DNA of 62,649 nucleotides, counting the filler, from Streblomastix strix (taxonomy: Eukaryota): assembly GCA_008636045.1 (NCBI GenBank). It is 4 parts of 4 records of this genome, joined end to end, with 100 filler letters (N's around TTAATTAATTAA, not from the genome) between each part and the next. Parts side by side here need not be neighbours in the genome. Positions count along the whole stretch, not along the records: positions 15,706 to 31,296 come from SNRW01000960.1; positions 31,397 to 46,975 come from SNRW01000961.1; 2 more parts are not named here. One strand, written 5' to 3'. Below are positions 28,863 to 40,514 of this stretch, in pieces. Position 1 is the stretch's first letter, and the number at the start of each line of letters is the position of its first letter. Position numbers and translations under genes: made by a program. The notes under the pieces were generated by a model. That model ran no database searches and was not told where the DNA came from. It saw nothing but the letters and a program-made list of their open reading frames with translations.

Positions 28863-31296
28863 ATGTCCACCAGATCTCACTGCAAACCTCATTATCAACG
28901 TCAAAAACAGTAACAGCAATCATTGTCTCCATTAAATAATGTAAAACGTAATAAAACCCACCCATCTTAAGATCAACTTTAACAAGTATTGATTTAATAT
29001 CGCTAAAGTAACGCAATCAACAGCAAAATCGCAACATAAATATTATGAAAACAATAACATAAACAACAACGTAAAAAAACGATTTCGAAAATAGCGTCTA
29101 ATACTTAAATCACAATCTCGCTAACAGAGTAATAAGGAGCGTAAATAACATAAATCTGCAAAAAAAATATGAAAAGAGATAGATGCATGACCAGATGAAG
29201 AGTGAAAAATATTTATCTTGGACATATCATTATGAACCAAGTTTAGAAGAAAATTCTCGCGAAACTGTCCAAAAAAACCAAGTTGGAATTCAAGATCTCA
29301 TCGATAAATACGAAGATTCTGTTTTATAACTAGTTTCTTCCGGCGATCCCGAGTTTATAAAATTATCTAAGCCTCTTAATAGGGGCTTGCTTACGTAAGC
29401 AATTAATAAATCTTGGACAAATCACAATGGAATTAAACTGGATTTTCATAATTTAGCTGGTACAACTGCAATAAAAGTTGATTTCTTTCATAATGATATC
29501 CGTCTACTAGAAGATATTGACAAATTCGTAGAATATTTATATATACATGAAAAAAGAAAATTATTTAAATGTACTTTAGATTTTGATGTCTGTATTGAAC
29601 GCAAAGAAATGCCCGAAAACATGAAGGAATTACTGAGAATCAAGAAACTTTTACATTAACTCTAAAATATTGATAGGTGCTACTTAGTTATTAATAGAAT
29701 TAAAATTCCTGAAAACAATTAAAGTTAATTACATGCCCCAATGATTCTCTTCGACAGTAATTCAATCGACATTTTCAAAGAATATATAAGCTCATCAATT
29801 TTGTTTATGCAAGAATTCGGAGAACTAATTGATGAAAAGGAATTGATTTTCTCCATATTTCCGATATAAGTTAAATCATACGGAGTACCTTTTCCTGGTA
29901 AAACATGGATGAATTGATTAAAACTCTAAAGAAAAAGAATTTTGTCAAATATATTCACCCTCATGATGATTATAAATTCAGATTCTGGTATAATTTAATG
30001 TGAATGACTATGCCTGATTCAGGATACGCCATGCTAAAGCCATAATGAGTGATAATTGATTGATATAAACGAACTGAGGAATGTAGACGTTAAATATTTT
30101 CCTTCTACAGAATTTCAAAACAAAATTAACGAAAATTTCTCAAAGAATATCCAGGATTTAATCGGAATTATGCTAATTAAAATTGTTAAAAAATTTTATT
30201 TAAATATCAATTGTTATGAATATGTCGGCAATAGATTCGATATCGATGTTAAAAAACCGAAATATTAACGGTAAATTTCATATGCTGATCCAAAAATTGA
30301 TGGATGAAAACCTAATTAAACTCTTTTATTAAATGATGATAATGGAAACAAACATACCATATATATCATAAATGTCGAGAAACAGAATCGTTTTCTTATT
30401 TGTCCAATCTTAAATAATCATTCAATCTATGAAAAGGATGAAAATAGGCACTTTTAAAGTAAATGGACGCTCATATTAAAGAATGCACGATGAAACTTTG
30501 AAATCCAAATAAATATGATAGATTAGAAAAGTTTTCAAAACCATCTATACTACATTTTACATCGAATTAAACTTAAAAATATCTGCTTGTCCACAATTGA
30601 TTATAAAAATATAAACTTACGTAATATTTCAAAATTTTTCTATTTAACTCAATATTCTAATAAGAAGATGATAGAAAATATCCTATTCTCAAAATAATAT
30701 CTGTTATATTAGCTATAAAAGCTAAGTAAGGATTAAAATCATGTTATTTTGACAGATGTCCACATAATTTCTGCGAAAGCAGCAACGATGAACGCATTTT
30801 TATAGATAAACCGCTTTATTAACTATTTGTTGAAGCAAAATAAATATAATTCGATAATAAACTCTCAGTTGATGTATTCTAACATTATGAAGTATCGATA
30901 ATTTGATTTGACTTGCATAAAACATAAATTACATTAATATTCAGAAATATCCGATCGAATAACTATGAAATTGTTGTTTTTATTGGATAATCAACATCTC
31001 CTAAAAATTTTATTATAAAATCAACTAAAAAATCTATAATTCATGAAAAAAAAGTATTTAAACTTAAGCCTTATTCGTCTTAAGTTTCTTGATGCAAAGA
31101 ACTATTTAGTTGACGATATTTCCTTTGAGAAATTCATAAAGGATGTATTCCCGAATGAAATTTAGACGCAAAGCGTCGTAGAAAATGATAAGATTTATGC
31201 AGATGCGGGTATTCTCGAAAAATCAAAATTGATGGTGAATTCCATTGGTTTCTTAAAATGTCTATGGTTCTACAAGAAAATTAACTTTTTGGCGAA
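28863..31296 (+). pseudogene. polB: Protein-primed PolB, N-terminal half (family B element), cut by the contig end
   Basis: ATGTCCACC at ~28863; colinear with the reverse complement of ~42600-45025 (VDFFHNDI, FKCTLDFDV, NINCYEY, RLKFLDAKNYL). Confidence 0.8.
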
Positions 31297-31396
31297 NNNN
31301 NNNNNNNNNNNNNNNNNNNNNNNNNNNNNNNNNNNNNNNNTTAATTAATTAANNNNNNNNNNNNNNNNNNNNNNNNNNNNNNNNNNNNNNNNNNNN
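31297..31396. other. Artificial contig linker
   Basis: N44-TTAATTAATTAA-N44. Confidence 0.99.
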
Positions 31397-31661
31397 CACT
31401 TGCAGTTGTAGTAATAGGCGTAGCTAATCCTGGAACTAAATTAAGTTATAACGCCAATCTTTCTCCAGGAATTGTAATTTGCCAGTTAACTTAACATGAT
31501 TATACCATTGAACATGTTGCATTGCCTCTTGCGCCAAGTGGAGCACGAGTATATCTTTGTCCATCACTTGTCATCTGAGAAACAGGCTGATCAAAGAATT
31601 CTTGTTGACTCAATGTAAAACTTTACGGATGAATCAGTGCTTATCTTAGCACTTCTGACAT
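31397..31661 (-). CDS. N-terminus of a viral ORF, candidate major capsid protein, 3'-truncated
   Basis: ATG 31661, open to the contig end: MSEVLRQALIHPQSFTLSQQEFFDQPVSQMTSDGQRYTRAPLGARGNATCSMVQSCQVNWQITIPGERLALQLNLVPG. The capsid identity is inferred only from context. Confidence 0.45.
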
Positions 31662-31713
31662 TGAAAAATATGTTAAAACATAGTCAAAATGTTATACTTT
31701 TGCAAACTTTTAT

Positions 31714-32034
31714 ATGTAATCGCTTGCTGAGAAACTCATATAGATATAATTTGTTTATAATTTAAAATAATTTGTACGTTTTATTATTCAAACAAACGCA
31801 CAAGCAAGAAAATATACTAAAATTACTTTGGCATTCTTTTATGGATTGAAGAATTTTGGCTCAAAATTATTAGGCGGTATAAAGAAAGTTGTAGATTGGG
31901 TTGCACCCACGCTTCATAAAGTAATCGATACGTTAAGCGGACCGGTAAGCATGTTACATCCAGGTGCTGGATAAATAATGGGTACGATTGACAATATCGC
32001 CGGCGGATTTGAGCGACATTTGAATAAACACTGA
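31714..32034 (+). CDS. Small viral protein with an amphipathic, adenovirus pVI-like helix
   Basis: Intact 107-codon frame. From 31828 it reads LAFFYGLKNFGSKLLGGIKKVVDWVAPTLHKVIDTLSGPVSMLHPGAGQIMGTIDNIAGGFERHLNKH*. Confidence 0.65.
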
Positions 32035-32081
32035 TCTGAATAATTGATTTGATTACTATTTTTCATATTCGAAACTTAAAG

Positions 32082-32339
32082 ATGGAGGAATTGTATTTAT
32101 TTGCAAAATATTTAGGTAAAACTCATAGTGCGTCAGATTACGATGTATTTAAAATATTTTAAGCTCTGATTGATGATAAAGAATTATATGATGAGCAAAA
32201 ATAGTTCAATGAATAGAAAAAATAAGAATATAATGACAGATTTGGAATAATTACTGAATAAACTTAAGATGTTATAAGTTATATTCACAATTTTGATATG
32301 TCAAATTGTGTAAGTTAATAGAATTCACAAAACAATTGA
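32082..32339 (+). CDS. Small hypothetical viral protein (85 aa)
   Basis: Intact ATG to TGA under TAR=Gln (MEELYLFAKYLGKTHSASDYDVF...); overlaps the convergent ORF by 55 bp. Confidence 0.5.
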
Positions 32340-32767
32340 TTATATGGATCTTGAATAAACTAATTATAAATCTATTTTTCTTCATCATTTGCTTCAGATA
32401 TAATGTATTTCTTTATTTATTATGGTAGCTGATTCATATCCATCATCTTTTCTATTTGATTATATTCATTTGCGTATTATTTACTGTTATCGCCATATTT
32501 TTTATTTTTATAGTCCTCTTCATTTACGAATTATTTCATTTGTTGCAATTTGCATTATAGAGTTGAAAATTATTTGCTAATTTTTAACAATTCTTTAAAT
32601 AACACTTGCTATTATTCTGATTTATCTTTGATTATCAGAGAATGCAGAGTTTCTATTGTTGTATTTATTAGATCTTCATCTTCATAATTTGATTTAGAGA
32701 GTTCAGTGAAGAGTTATTTTAGTTGTTTTGACATATTTTCTACCCAACTTTCAGTTGAAACATACAT
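32285..32767 (-). CDS. Hypothetical viral coiled-coil protein (160 aa)
   Basis: Intact ATG 32767 to TGA 32285 under TAR=Gln (MYVSTESWVENMSKQLKQLF...). Confidence 0.6.
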
Positions 32768-32802
32768 TACTTGCAAAAATAAATTAAATGCAACTATTTA
32801 AA

Positions 32803-35027
32803 TCACAGAAGAATCAATCCTAATGTTATTAATTTTGCACGCCAACATTCGTTAGACTCATCTCTATAGAATCGACCTGTTGTATCTGTACTATTTTAAC
32901 TCTATAAGATTGAATTTCAAGCAGAATAATTAATTGAACCACTGCTCGCACTACCAGTTGCTCCAGTTCCAGTAATTACTGATCCATTGAAAGATAAAGT
33001 ATTTCTTTCAGCACTTTTTAATAGCACTCTATTAGCTATATTTTATTCTGATGTTTTAGCTATTAATAATGATTTATCATATTTTTTGTATATTGACCAT
33101 TAATTATCAATTGCACCAGTAGTTGAATTTGGGTTGCAACCCAAGTAAAATAAAAAATAATTACCTGAGGTATTAGCTATACAGAGTCCGTCATTTTCAT
33201 TACCATTTAAAGGGTTAATTTATAAAAGTTTATTGAAATATTTTTACCAATAACTGTTTAATCAGTTCCAACATCCACTAATCCATTATCATTAAATCAT
33301 ATTTATGAACTTTCATTATTAATACTTAATCCAACGCTATGATCTGTTTATCGCAATGAACAAGGTACTAAAGTTAATACACCATCATTATTTTTACTCA
33401 CTTCCCATTATCCTGCTACTGTTCCACTAATTGTAGAATTATTGCATGCTAAATATAATGATGATTCATTCAAATGAATTCCAATTCTAATTCCCTTATT
33501 ATAGTTTGATTTCATTCGATCTGTTGGATTAATTTATAGAGTATTTGGCATTATACTTCCATACCCATAGTCATAATTGATAGGTATTTATGTTTCAGTT
33601 GATACTGTGGTAACGACATCTTATGTTAATTTCTCGGGGATTCTAGCAGTAGAATAAGTGTTTTAATCAGTTACTACTGTCTTAATAGTACCAACTGTTT
33701 CTAATCTAATATATGCAGAATAATAGCTGCTGTGCATCTTCAAGTATGAGTATGAAATAATTAATTTGCACCATTATCAATCTAATAACTAATATTTACT
33801 TTGGTTGGTGCTGTAAATATTCCATATATAGTAGTGAAAACATTTACAGTAAAATTACGTTATAGTCTGATGATTTGAACTGCATTGTAAGCTGAATATA
33901 CTTTAAATTCAATAAATGGACTACCATAATTTGCATCTGCAGGAAATACACATAATCTAACCCATCCAGAACCAGAATATGTTCTTGAAAGCATAATTTC
34001 TTTTGTGGTTGTTTCACCATTAGCACATAAAATTTCTGTAGCTAATCCTCCAGCTTTAATAAATTTAATTGCTGTTATATTTCCATCATTAGATAATTAT
34101 TTTGGAATAACATGATCATTTCTACAATAATAATCACTTGTACCATAAGCCACTGCTGATACATTGACTAGTAGTACATTAGTAACTGATGGATCAATAT
34201 TCAATGGATGTTAATGTTCCGATCTAGCATATATATTAGACGAACCAGCTGTTCCAGCACCAGTATCTTTTTTCGGAACACTATTACTTAAATTTACAAG
34301 ATGAGTATGGTCAGATCTCACATAAATATTGGCAGTGCCTACATCACCAGTTGCAGTATCTTTTGCAGGTAAAACAGTGGAAACTTATAGAGGATGTTAA
34401 TGGTCTCCTTTAGCATAATCATTTTAAATTCCAGAAACACCTGCTCCACTATCCGCTAATGGTGTATTATCACCTGCTGGGGCTACCTAATCAGGTACTA
34501 TATCACCACTATTATACCAATTAGTTTCATACATCCATACAGTACCACTTTCAGCTGAGAATGCAAAATCACCATTGGCAGAGTTTTCTAATTATTATAT
34601 ATCTGTGTTCAATAAATAATATCCCCTAAAATGTGTTTATCTATTAAGTTCATCATTAATTGCATTAATTTATAATTATAATCCACCAATATCTTAAGTA
34701 GCAGTTCCAAATGTCAATTATATTATATTAACTTCTTATTCTAATGTTGATATTTTTCCAAAGAAAAGATTATCAATAAACTTATATTTTTCGATATCAT
34801 AACACCATTTGTAACCAATTTCATTGCATAATTCTAAGAAATATCGATTGGCGCATATATTAATGAGTTTTAGTCATCAATTGTCAATTAATATTCACTT
34901 CTTGATATTTAATTACTGGAACTTGAGGATTTCCTATGATATTATATCAAATATTGGAAATCAGATTATATTAATGATCGTTCTGCTTATATCTGTTATT
35001 AACCCAGTGTCTTTGCCAACGTCACAT
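32803..35027 (-). pseudogene. Phage-tail-fibre-like protein, with a few frameshifts
   Basis: Four G-x-x-G-x-x-x-x-Y-x-R/K-x-D/E-H-x-H-P type repeats; ITAIKFIKAGGLATEILCANG; LVDVGTDQTVIGKKYF; duplicated C-terminal beta-rich modules (xINP...G.RI...LYL.C...QW). Confidence 0.7.
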
Positions 35028-36132
35028 TTGAAAGTTATGCAAAAATAAATCTGCAATGAATTTAAACATCAATTATTCATTCTTTAAGACCATATATTTA
35101 CTCAGCCACTTATTAAATTCAATGAATTCATATTTGTTACGAGTATCATATACTAACATAAATTCATCAAAATCTAAATTCCAAATAGAATTTTCTTCAT
35201 ATGCTTGCAATAAATCACTTTCGCTAAGATGAGTACCCAAACTTAAAATATGTGATAGTATTCTTGCTGTTTTGAACAAGTAACTTGGACGTAATGCAAC
35301 AAAAAATACACTGTTTTTTATATGTCTATTATCGGAAACTAAATGAGTTATTATCTTCGCTAATCAAGATGAAAATCTTTAAATTTCAGCATTACTTCCA
35401 ATATCATCAAAAAGTAACAGCGAATTCAGCAGAGAAACATGAAATAATATTGGAATTTTTTGTTATTTTTAACTCGGCATCTCCGTTCGCTTATGATATA
35501 GATAATTTCCTTTCGAAATACTCATTATGAATAATAGCTGGAACAGTAAATTTCATAATCATTGTCGGAACACTGTATTTCGTTATTTTATCAATTCATT
35601 CTTATTCAAATATCTCAGCAATTCTTCTTGCATAATCCTTTGGTTTCTCCATTTATTTTTCGATAGACGCGGATGCAAGACGTATTTGATTCTCTTCAAT
35701 TGGATTATTTTGAATAATTCTTTCCTTAATTCTTTATATATAATCTGATTTGTAAGATATGTTTAGTTCACGTAATTTCCAATAAGATTAGACTTCTTTT
35801 ACAGAATACTTGATCTCCTCAAATTTTGGTAAGAAATGCATTGCTTCCTCATAAGTTATATTGGTTAATATTATATTCTTCGAGTTAATATTCAATGCCA
35901 TAGTCTCATATGCACCAAAGTTAGAGAAATATAAAATGAAAAGATTAATTTTTTATTTGTATATTAAAATTCGTTTGCTTAATAATGTTGTTTTCCCTGA
36001 ACCAATTGCGCCAACAATATAATGATTCCCATTGGTTAAGAGTAATGAATTTCTGGTTAATGGTTTGATTTTGCATTCATCTAGCATAGAATTATCGTCA
36101 AATGTAACTGATTATATCTCTTCTAATGACAT
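35022..36132 (-). pseudogene. A32/FtsK-family genome-packaging ATPase
   Basis: ATG 36132; Walker A HYIVGAIGSGKTTLL; Walker B SLLLFDDIG; Arg-finger region LVSDNRHIKNSVFFVA. One frameshift and internal TGAs. Confidence 0.85.
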
Positions 36133-36589
36133 TTAGGATGTACGCAAATGATCGCCGTAAAAACGGCTTTATCCCGAAGGGATAATCTGTTATTATTAAT
36201 AATTAATTCTATTTTTTTGGTGTTAATTTCGTAGTATCCGTAATTTCATTATCTATTCCTGAATAGCTTACATAAATAATCTCATTAATAAAGTAATTAT
36301 GGAGTTATATTGATGCAATTTAAGTGCCATTGAATATAATCATCTATATATTCTGATTTGTTTATCGTCGTGGAAAGAAATTAAAGATGTAATCATTAGA
36401 GAAATCACAAGTGGAATAGCCTTATTTTCATTAGTCTAAGTATTCGGATGAATAAATAGAAGATTTTATTAAGGAAGCGATTGAAAAATAAGATGAATAA
36501 CTTGCTAAGATGTGGAAATATATATTGTATTTGAAGTTATTGAATTTTAAAACGAATGATAATTAAAATTAAAAAAAACATTTTACTTC

Positions 36590-38222
36590 AATTGTTATGA
36601 ACTGTGTATGAATCACATATTTGAATAGCAAAATCATCAGATAAACTAATTTAACAAATAGTTTTTATTGTAACATTATCATTAGGATCAATACAACAAT
36701 CGATAGGAATTGCATCATTCCAACATATCGAATAACTATAATTTTTTTCGGCATACATTATTGCATATAAAGGAATATTTCATGTTACTCCAGTGAATTT
36801 TGGTTTTATAGCATTATCAACGATTGAAAATAATGTATATCTTGTATTCCAAGCATTATTTGGATCTGGATGTACCATTGGTAAAGATAAATATACTCTG
36901 TTATTTTATGCTGTTAAAGTTCCCCATTAGCGAATTTCATACATTACATAAGCTATTGGTCACTAATTAATTGATTCAATTCATTCGTAATCTAATTAAT
37001 CTTTATCAATAGTATCCCCATTAGTCAGAAGAATCTGATTATTTGTTCCACTTAAATTAATGATTTTATTAGCTGTGATAGGTTATGTAAATGTCTAAGT
37101 TCCAGTAATAATTTATGTAGTATTTATTGTTATTAAATCAGTTAAAGATGATTTCTTAAAGTATTAACTTAAATAAGTAAAATTTTTTATAATTTCATTA
37201 TCTATTTATTTATTTAGTTGATCATTTATACAACTTCTATAGTCATTCTATTTCTAATTGTTATTTCATCATCGTGTCACATTCTGATTTCATTTATTAT
37301 AGTTCTTCTTCTGACGATGCTTCGAGATCTGAAATTTGTAATTCTTACTCCATTTGAAACAAAAATAAATTCGGAACCTCCATGTTTCTTTCAGAAATCA
37401 TCAGGACCAATGCCTGATTCTAGTTTGTCAGATAATCTAACGAAGTACTTTTTTACACGATATAGCTTCTCAATACTATTCCACAACACATTGTCAATGT
37501 TAGAATTAGAGACATTCTTGATGAAAACATCCATGCTTCTTACAATTTCTTTCTTCTTGTATTTTTTTGATGTGCAATTATTATATCTCATCAATGGTTC
37601 TTCCATAACAATCTCAATATCATTCTCTTCTTCTTATGTTATTAATGCCCAGAGTTTGATATTACTATCTGAATTGATTATGAAATCTTCACATTTTTTA
37701 CGGGAATTAACAGTGTGCCATGCAACATCAATGATAAATTTCTGCACTTCTAAGTTAGGATGAGATAAATATGTTTCTTTTACAACTTATTCTGGCTCAA
37801 CTTAAGCAGTTTCTCGTTAAACTTCTTTAAATTTAAGAATGTTATACTCCCTATGACCAAATCGTTAACGATTTGGCAACAAGGCTACGCAGTCTCGCGG
37901 GCGATCTGCTGAAATTCCTCTTTAGAATTCCTCATTTTCATCAGAGTTGAATTCTTTATTTAATTGAGGAGTTTACGCAGAGCGCAAGTTGATTACGTCG
38001 GTTTACATGGATGAACCGCTCAGTTCATAAGAAAATATAGGTTGGAGCTAGTTCCGTAAAATTTAAAGAAACGGAATCTAAATCTTTTTCCGAAAACCAT
38101 TTGTTACCGCATCATCAATGGTTTATAATCTCGCCTTATCTTCTTCTGAAAGTTCCTTTTTAGCAACATTTGCATGCTTACTTTTATGAACTCTAATCTG
38201 ATTCGTTTATATTGTTGACATG
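36590..38222 (-). pseudogene. Viral ORF(s) with a C-terminal fibre-like segment
   Basis: ATG 38222 starts a long open frame with a few TGAs. Near the end it reads TINTTQIITGTQTFTQPITANKIINLSGTNNQILLTNGD, a fibre shaft motif. Confidence 0.55.
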
Positions 38223-38293
38223 ATTTTGAAACCTTTTGGTTTGCTTGGAACTTAAAGTTGCGAGTTTAAATATAAATTAAATCAGATAACAAG

Positions 38294-38850
38294 ATGAATC
38301 AAGCATAAGTATTCAAGAATCTCGTAGAAAATAATACATCAATTGAGCATTTCAATGATGGATACATCATGAAAGCAAAGTAAAAGATAAAACTATATGA
38401 AGAAGGAAAGAAATAACCAAAAACATTGACTTAAGCGAACGTAAACTTTAACAAAGCGAACAATTATACAGCGATGATGAAGATATTAAATAAACTATTG
38501 TCGAAAAATCAGCGGAGCTAATTGAAGGTTATCGTCTGAAACTCGCGAAAACTCCAAAGCCAACTCCATAAAAAATAATAAAGAAATCATAAATAAATTA
38601 CACTTAACCATAAGTTGATTTTGAAGAATTAATACTTTTGCGAACTAAAAATGCACTTACTAAATAATTATATCAAGATTCAATAAAGTATGTTGAAAAA
38701 ATGTAAGGATAAAATAAAGATGTTTTAGGTAAAAGAAGTAATTTTAGGAAGCATAGCGTCAGCCATAAACTCTGCCTCAAACAGAGAATCCTGAACTGTA
38801 AGAAGTAATTTCTGAAATACGTTTCAATGAAACAGATTTATGGGGATAAA
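38294..38850 (+). pseudogene. Hypothetical viral ORF, frameshifted
   Basis: MNQAQVFKNLVENNTSIEHFNDGYIMKAK...; K/Q-rich. Confidence 0.4.
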
Positions 38851-38899
38851 TATATATATCATAAAACAAATTTTATTCTTATTTAAACTCTTATTTTTA

Positions 38900-39210
38900 T
38901 TTCATATATTCTTTTAAATCAACAATTTTTGCAGAATCTATTATTTTCTTTTCCTTTTCATCGTATTTATCTACGATTTAATGCATTAAAATAAGGTCAA
39001 CTTCATTGTTTACAATCAATCTTCGCAATCTAATTTAAAATATTGCTAAGAATCAGGTGTTAATCACCGATATACTTTCATTTTTAGTAATTCCTTTGCA
39101 CGTGCACGTTTATAGCTAATTTCAGCAGCTTTAAATGCTTCTTCTTCTGTTTTATATTTAAATCGAGATGATTATCTCTTTGCATCAACGACGTTTGTAG
39201 AATTTTACAT
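38900..39210 (-). pseudogene. Small basic viral protein (KYKTxEEA family)
   Basis: MQNSTNVVDAKRQSSRFKYKTEEEAFKAAEISYKRARAK; homologue at 18120-18445. Confidence 0.55.
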
Positions 39211-39269
39211 TTTTTCAATTTAACTATTTTATAAAAAGATAATTTCCATTCTAGCAGACATCATGTTTT

Positions 39270-40514
39270 GAAATTTTATTTATATTATTAATTTAATTAA
39301 TATATTTCTTTTTCAACCAATTTGCAATATTAGACAGGTAATTTATAACATTTACATCAGAATATGGCTTTAGCAACTTGGCAACAACATTTCCATTTGA
39401 ATATCTTATGAATTCAGCTAATTCATTGAAATTTCTTCTTTATTTAAAAAACTGATGCCCTGTTTTAGAATAATCAAGATGAATAATTAGGATATTTCCC
39501 GGAAAAAATAACATAAGCGCTTGTTTCTTTTGTTATTTTTTGATTTCAAACAGCTAATTTTACTATTATCTTAAGTAAATCCCTTCAATATCATGATAAG
39601 GATTGACTTATTATTGGGTAAATTTATTGTCATAGGCAGAATGAAGAGTCTAGTTATACATCTATACCATATATTGCATTAAATCATTATCTGCAAACTT
39701 CTCAGAATAATTGCCAAATCCATTGCGAATAGTTCTGATAACAGAATCGACGACTTTGTTATGATTTGTGAATTTAGATTCGGTAATGAATGAATTAATG
39801 TTATTCTCTAAATAAAATGTTTTCAATATATTTCCATCAAATCCTTTCTCGCCATCGCCTCTGATATTCGTAACATTATAATTTTTAACCAATATTTTCA
39901 ACGCATTCTTGATTTAACCTGCTGATTGATCTCATAATGGGAAAATTACCAGATATTTTGTGTTAATATTTTTTGCAGAAGAGATATATTTAATTTACAC
40001 GAATGATATGTTCGTCCATTGAAAATACCAAATTAATTTCTCAAGATCCGAAATATGGAGAATAATATGGACGATTTAGCTTTGATAAAGGTTCTATTTA
40101 ATAATCATTAGGAGTATCTTGTACTTTTTGAGGTATTTCGCCATGAATCTTCTCATATTATTCAATTTTCTTTTTAAATGGATAATTTAATAGTTTTGTT
40201 GAGACTGCGTCATTTCATCGCTAAATCGCTGGCGATTTTGATGTTACTTATTCTTGTTTTACTGCTTACTCACGAAAGTGAGCAGGCAACGAGGTTGCTT
40301 ACAAACTAGGTTTGTTTTGTAATCTTGGAACACTTGATTAATCATATTTTAAAACATACTATTTAAATAATTACTCAAACATCTTTTCATTGAATTTTTC
40401 TTGATTTCACTTATTCGAATTCTTGACAAACTCTTAAAATTTCATTTGATTCATGTTATGATATGCAATATATTCGATCCATTTTGACACTTTTTCCTAT
40501 GTTTGTACGTTCAT
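39270..40514 (-). pseudogene. Polinton-type rve integrase
   Basis: ATG 40514; LNRPYYSPYFGS*EINLVF, YLFC.NINTKYL, NIRGDGEKGF, FTNHNKVVDSVIRTIRN, MYNQTLHSAYDNKFT. Contains frameshifts. Confidence 0.88.

Noticed and set aside
37218..37763. 181-aa plus-strand ORF from the track (likewise 11545-11832, 60650-60913, 60992-61273, 62392-62610)
   Set aside because: These are antisense shadows of real genes on the opposite strand.
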